Source: Setoptus koraiensis
Lineage: Eukaryota; Animalia; Arthropoda
DNA: 64,000 nt
Direction of reading: 5' to 3'
NCBI GenBank assembly: GCA_048013815.1
Contig: CM106586.1
Span: forward strand, 7,998,001-8,062,000
The position numbers and the translations under genes are program-made. A model generated the notes under the pieces. That model was not told the origin of the DNA and ran no database searches. It saw only the letters and a program-made list of their open reading frames with translations. The first letter of the stretch is position 1. Every line of letters begins with the position of its first letter. Of the stretch, positions 61,049 to 64,000 are shown piece by piece.

Positions 61049-64000
61049 CTGGTCGTAAACGTCGGCCGGCGCCGAGTAGGTGAGCGGCCGGTCGTGGCCC
61101 GGCGCCGACGAGCCCGACTGCGCTCGGCGGCTCAGCGTCAGACTATTAATTTTGTTCTCCATTAATCGTTTTGTTAGATTTTCAACACTGTACGGATTGT
61201 TGGGTATGACGGCGCTGGTTGTATTCCACTTGGAGTGCTCCAATTCGCCAATGGCGCTCATTAGTATGCGGTTCGGCTCTTGCTGTTGCTGTTGTTGTTG
61301 CTGCTGCTGATGCTGTTGCGATGGTTGTTGAGACGGTTGTTGCTGGTGGGCCGGCTCGGGCCGGCGCTGCGACCAAGTGCGCAACAGGAACGGCTCGCCC
61401 GTCTGCTCGGCCTCTGGCGACAACTCCTGAAAGTTGCCCGCCGGTTTGAGCGGAAACTGGCCGTGAATTATGTTGCCATTGAGCGCAAATTTGTCTCGCT
61501 GGCACTGCTGTCTCGCCAGAGTGGAATTGTCTTGCGCAATGTGTCTCAATTGTTTCTTGGACAGCTCGTTGCACGAGTTGGCCGGCTGGGCGCGTTGCTG
61601 TCGGCGCTTCCGGTCGCTCACAAATTGCTCACTGTTGTTGTTGTCGCTGTTGTTGTTGTTGTCGCTGTTGTTGTTGTCGACGAAATTCAGCTCAAACGTG
61701 CACCAGCTCTGGCCAAAACGGTTATAGACGCAGCAGTGATACACGCCGCAATCCGTATCACAATTGACGTCGCGCATTTCCATAATGCACGCGTCTCTGT
61801 CGCGCACGAACCTGAGCCGCTGGTCGTGCGACGCCACCACATCAAACTGGGCGCAACACTGCACCGGCACCCGGTGCCACACCTGGCCGCAAGGTGGCGC
61901 GTCGGTTGTCGCTGGCGCTTGTAGTCGCAGCAACTTGTCGCCCATTATGAGCGGCCTGTCGCCCTTGAACCATTGTATAAACAGCGGCAATTGGCCAATG
62001 ATGCGACAATAGAATTGAATAATGGGCAAGTGTCTATTGTGCAGATTGGCGCCAACGGGCCTGACGTCGAAGCGGGCCGCGAGCCGGCTGTTTGCTGCTT
62101 GCTGGCCGCCACTATTGCGCAACAGCAACCTGTCGCTGTCATTAGCCGGCTCATTATATCGGCCGCCATTATATGTGTCGTTGTATCGGTTGTTGCGCCT
62201 GTTGTTGTGTGCGCCGGCCCGGTCGCCATGACGACGCTCGCCGGAGCGTAACCCCTCATTATCCCCTGCGCCCGATAATGATTTGTCGCTGTCGTTGTTG
62301 CCGCTGTTGTTGCTGTTGTTGCGGTTGTTGCTGTTGTTGTTGCTGCTGCCGCCGCTGTGGTTGTTGTTGCTGTGGTTGTGGCTGTTGTTGTGGCTGTTGT
62401 TGGCCTTTGTGGCCGCTGTCGCGACCACCACCTGTTTGCTGGCGCTCGTATCCGCGTCTTGCCGGCGGCCGGCGTGATCCGCCGAGCCCGCGCCCGCTTG
62501 GCAAGCTCGGCCCTGACACTGCAACTGACAGTGACAACTAAACTCTTGCAAATGGTCTGAGCGGCCGCTCACCGATTTGCAAGTTGCATCATCGTGGCCG
62601 GCAGCAGCAAATTTGCATATTTGCTGCTGCTGGCCGCTGTTGTTGGCAGCGGCAAAATTTGCAAAACAAACAGCCGGCTGGCCGTCGCTTGACAAGTGGC
62701 CATTAAATTGGCCACAATTGTCGTGACCGTGCGACAACTGACTCAAATCAATAGCAACATGCTCAAATAGGCGCTCAAATATTCTCTTGATTACGTCATG
62801 CGGCGCTCGCTCGCCGGCATCGTTATCGTTGGCCTTGCTGGCCTTGTTGGCCAGCTCGCTGTCACTGTCCAGTGGCGAGCCGGTCAGCTGTTGCTGTTGT
62901 CGTTGTTGCTGTTGTTGTTGTTGTCGTTGTTGTTGCTGTTGTTGTTGTTGTCGTTTCTGTTGTTGCTGCTGTTGTTTGTTTTGTTTTGTGTCGCTGTGTT
63001 TGGCAAGCCAGACGCATATCAGTCGGTGTAGCTGCGAGCCGTTCACCTCGACCGTGTGGCCCGCAAACAGATCAACTGGTTGCATTGCGTCATATCGTAT
63101 GCGAGTGACAAGCGCACCTTTTTGTCCTGTCTGTCTTGGCATCTTGTCTTGGCCGCTGGCCGCGTGGCGTCGCCCGCGTCGCGCTTCACCTGTCGCCGCC
63201 CGCTGACCCGAACGACAATGGTCGGCGTCGTTGTCGTCGTCGTCGTCGCTTGTGGCCAGCAAATATCGCACCGGATCGTGTTTGTCGCGACAGTCTCGAC
63301 TGCACTCGTCAGGCCAGAGATAATTCAAAACCTGCTCGTGTTCGTCTGTGTTGCGCTCGACGGCGCGCTGCCGCGAGCACATTTTGCACGTGCTGGTGTC
63401 GCTCAGCAGCGCGTCCACGTACGAATTCTGTTTGGCCAGTTGATTCACGTACACGTGGTGCAGGTAGCCGGTGAGCAGTTGCACCAGTTGGTCGAGCTGG
63501 TCGCTGTCGGCGTTTGCGCTTTTGTGGGCGCCGCTGGCGCGCAACTGGCCCTCGTAGTGGCGCCGTAATTGTTTGTGGCGCGTCAACAGGTCGCGATAGT
63601 AATGCGCAGCGGACAGCCACTTGGAGTCGCGTCGGTGCTTCAGGCAAACGGCCTCGCTCGTTGCGTCATACTCGGCCGTTGCGCCACGAGTTGAGGCTGC
63701 GTCACACGTGGCGCGCGCCGACGGACAGGTGATCTTGAGGGGCGCGTAGCGGTCGTAAATGAGCGTCGCGTAGGTGCACTTGTCGGCGCCGCTGTCGTGC
63801 CGCTGCTCGTGCTGCGCGTGCTGCTCGTGCTGCGCGACCGGACGCGACTGGAACAGCCAGTTGTCGTGCCAACTGCAGCCGTTTCCGGTCCAGTTGTTTG
63901 CTCTGTCGGCTCCGGCAGGGGCGCCCGTGTCGGCAATGGCACGCGCATAGGAATAGGTGAGAAATGCGAAGCCTCTGGCGCAGTCGTGCAACGACGACGA
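61049..64000 (-). CDS. Large coding exon of an Ig-like (I-set) domain protein with low-complexity linkers; 5' part outside window
   Basis: Frame open to the window edge. Ig motifs FYCRIIGQLPLFIQWFKGDRPL ... IMEMRDV...DCGVYHCCVYNRFGQSWCTFEL (~61680-62040). Ordered-looking KWNTTSAVIPNNPYSVENLTKRL. Strong donor CAG|GTAAGT at 61049, phase 0. Confidence 0.7.

Overview
Eukaryotic genomic DNA, most likely an arthropod (chelicerate/mite-like; inferred from Rebers-Riddiford cuticle genes, short GT-AG introns and intronless housekeeping genes). It contains one 500-N assembly gap. The key feature (1-10.6 kb) is a tandem array of at least three BTB/BACK/Kelch genes, two of them fused in frame to flavi-like (jingmenvirus-like) NS5 sequence. 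The 3043-6813 gene carries an uninterrupted RdRp domain with intact motifs A, B and C but no methyltransferase, followed by BTB-BACK-Kelch. The 8158-10140 paralogue keeps only the NS5 C-terminal/thumb region and has lost most of its BTB. All three copies share a phase-2 spliceosomal intron in the last Kelch repeat, so these look like host genes that captured a viral polymerase. The rest of the window holds an inactive trypsin-like homologue, a cuticle-gene region (a ~2000-aa RR protein, a ~430-aa RR protein, small secreted proteins) and a Cys-rich defensin-like peptide with a decayed upstream duplicate. It also has a two-repeat mini-filamin with a 13-nt microexon and a compact ALAD/LENG8/GTPBP2 block in which ALAD and LENG8 coding sequences overlap. 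A large minus-strand Ig-domain gene probably hosts a nested secreted-protein gene. A MULE-like transposon end and many minisatellites are also present. All assignments are from motif recognition by eye; no database searches were run.
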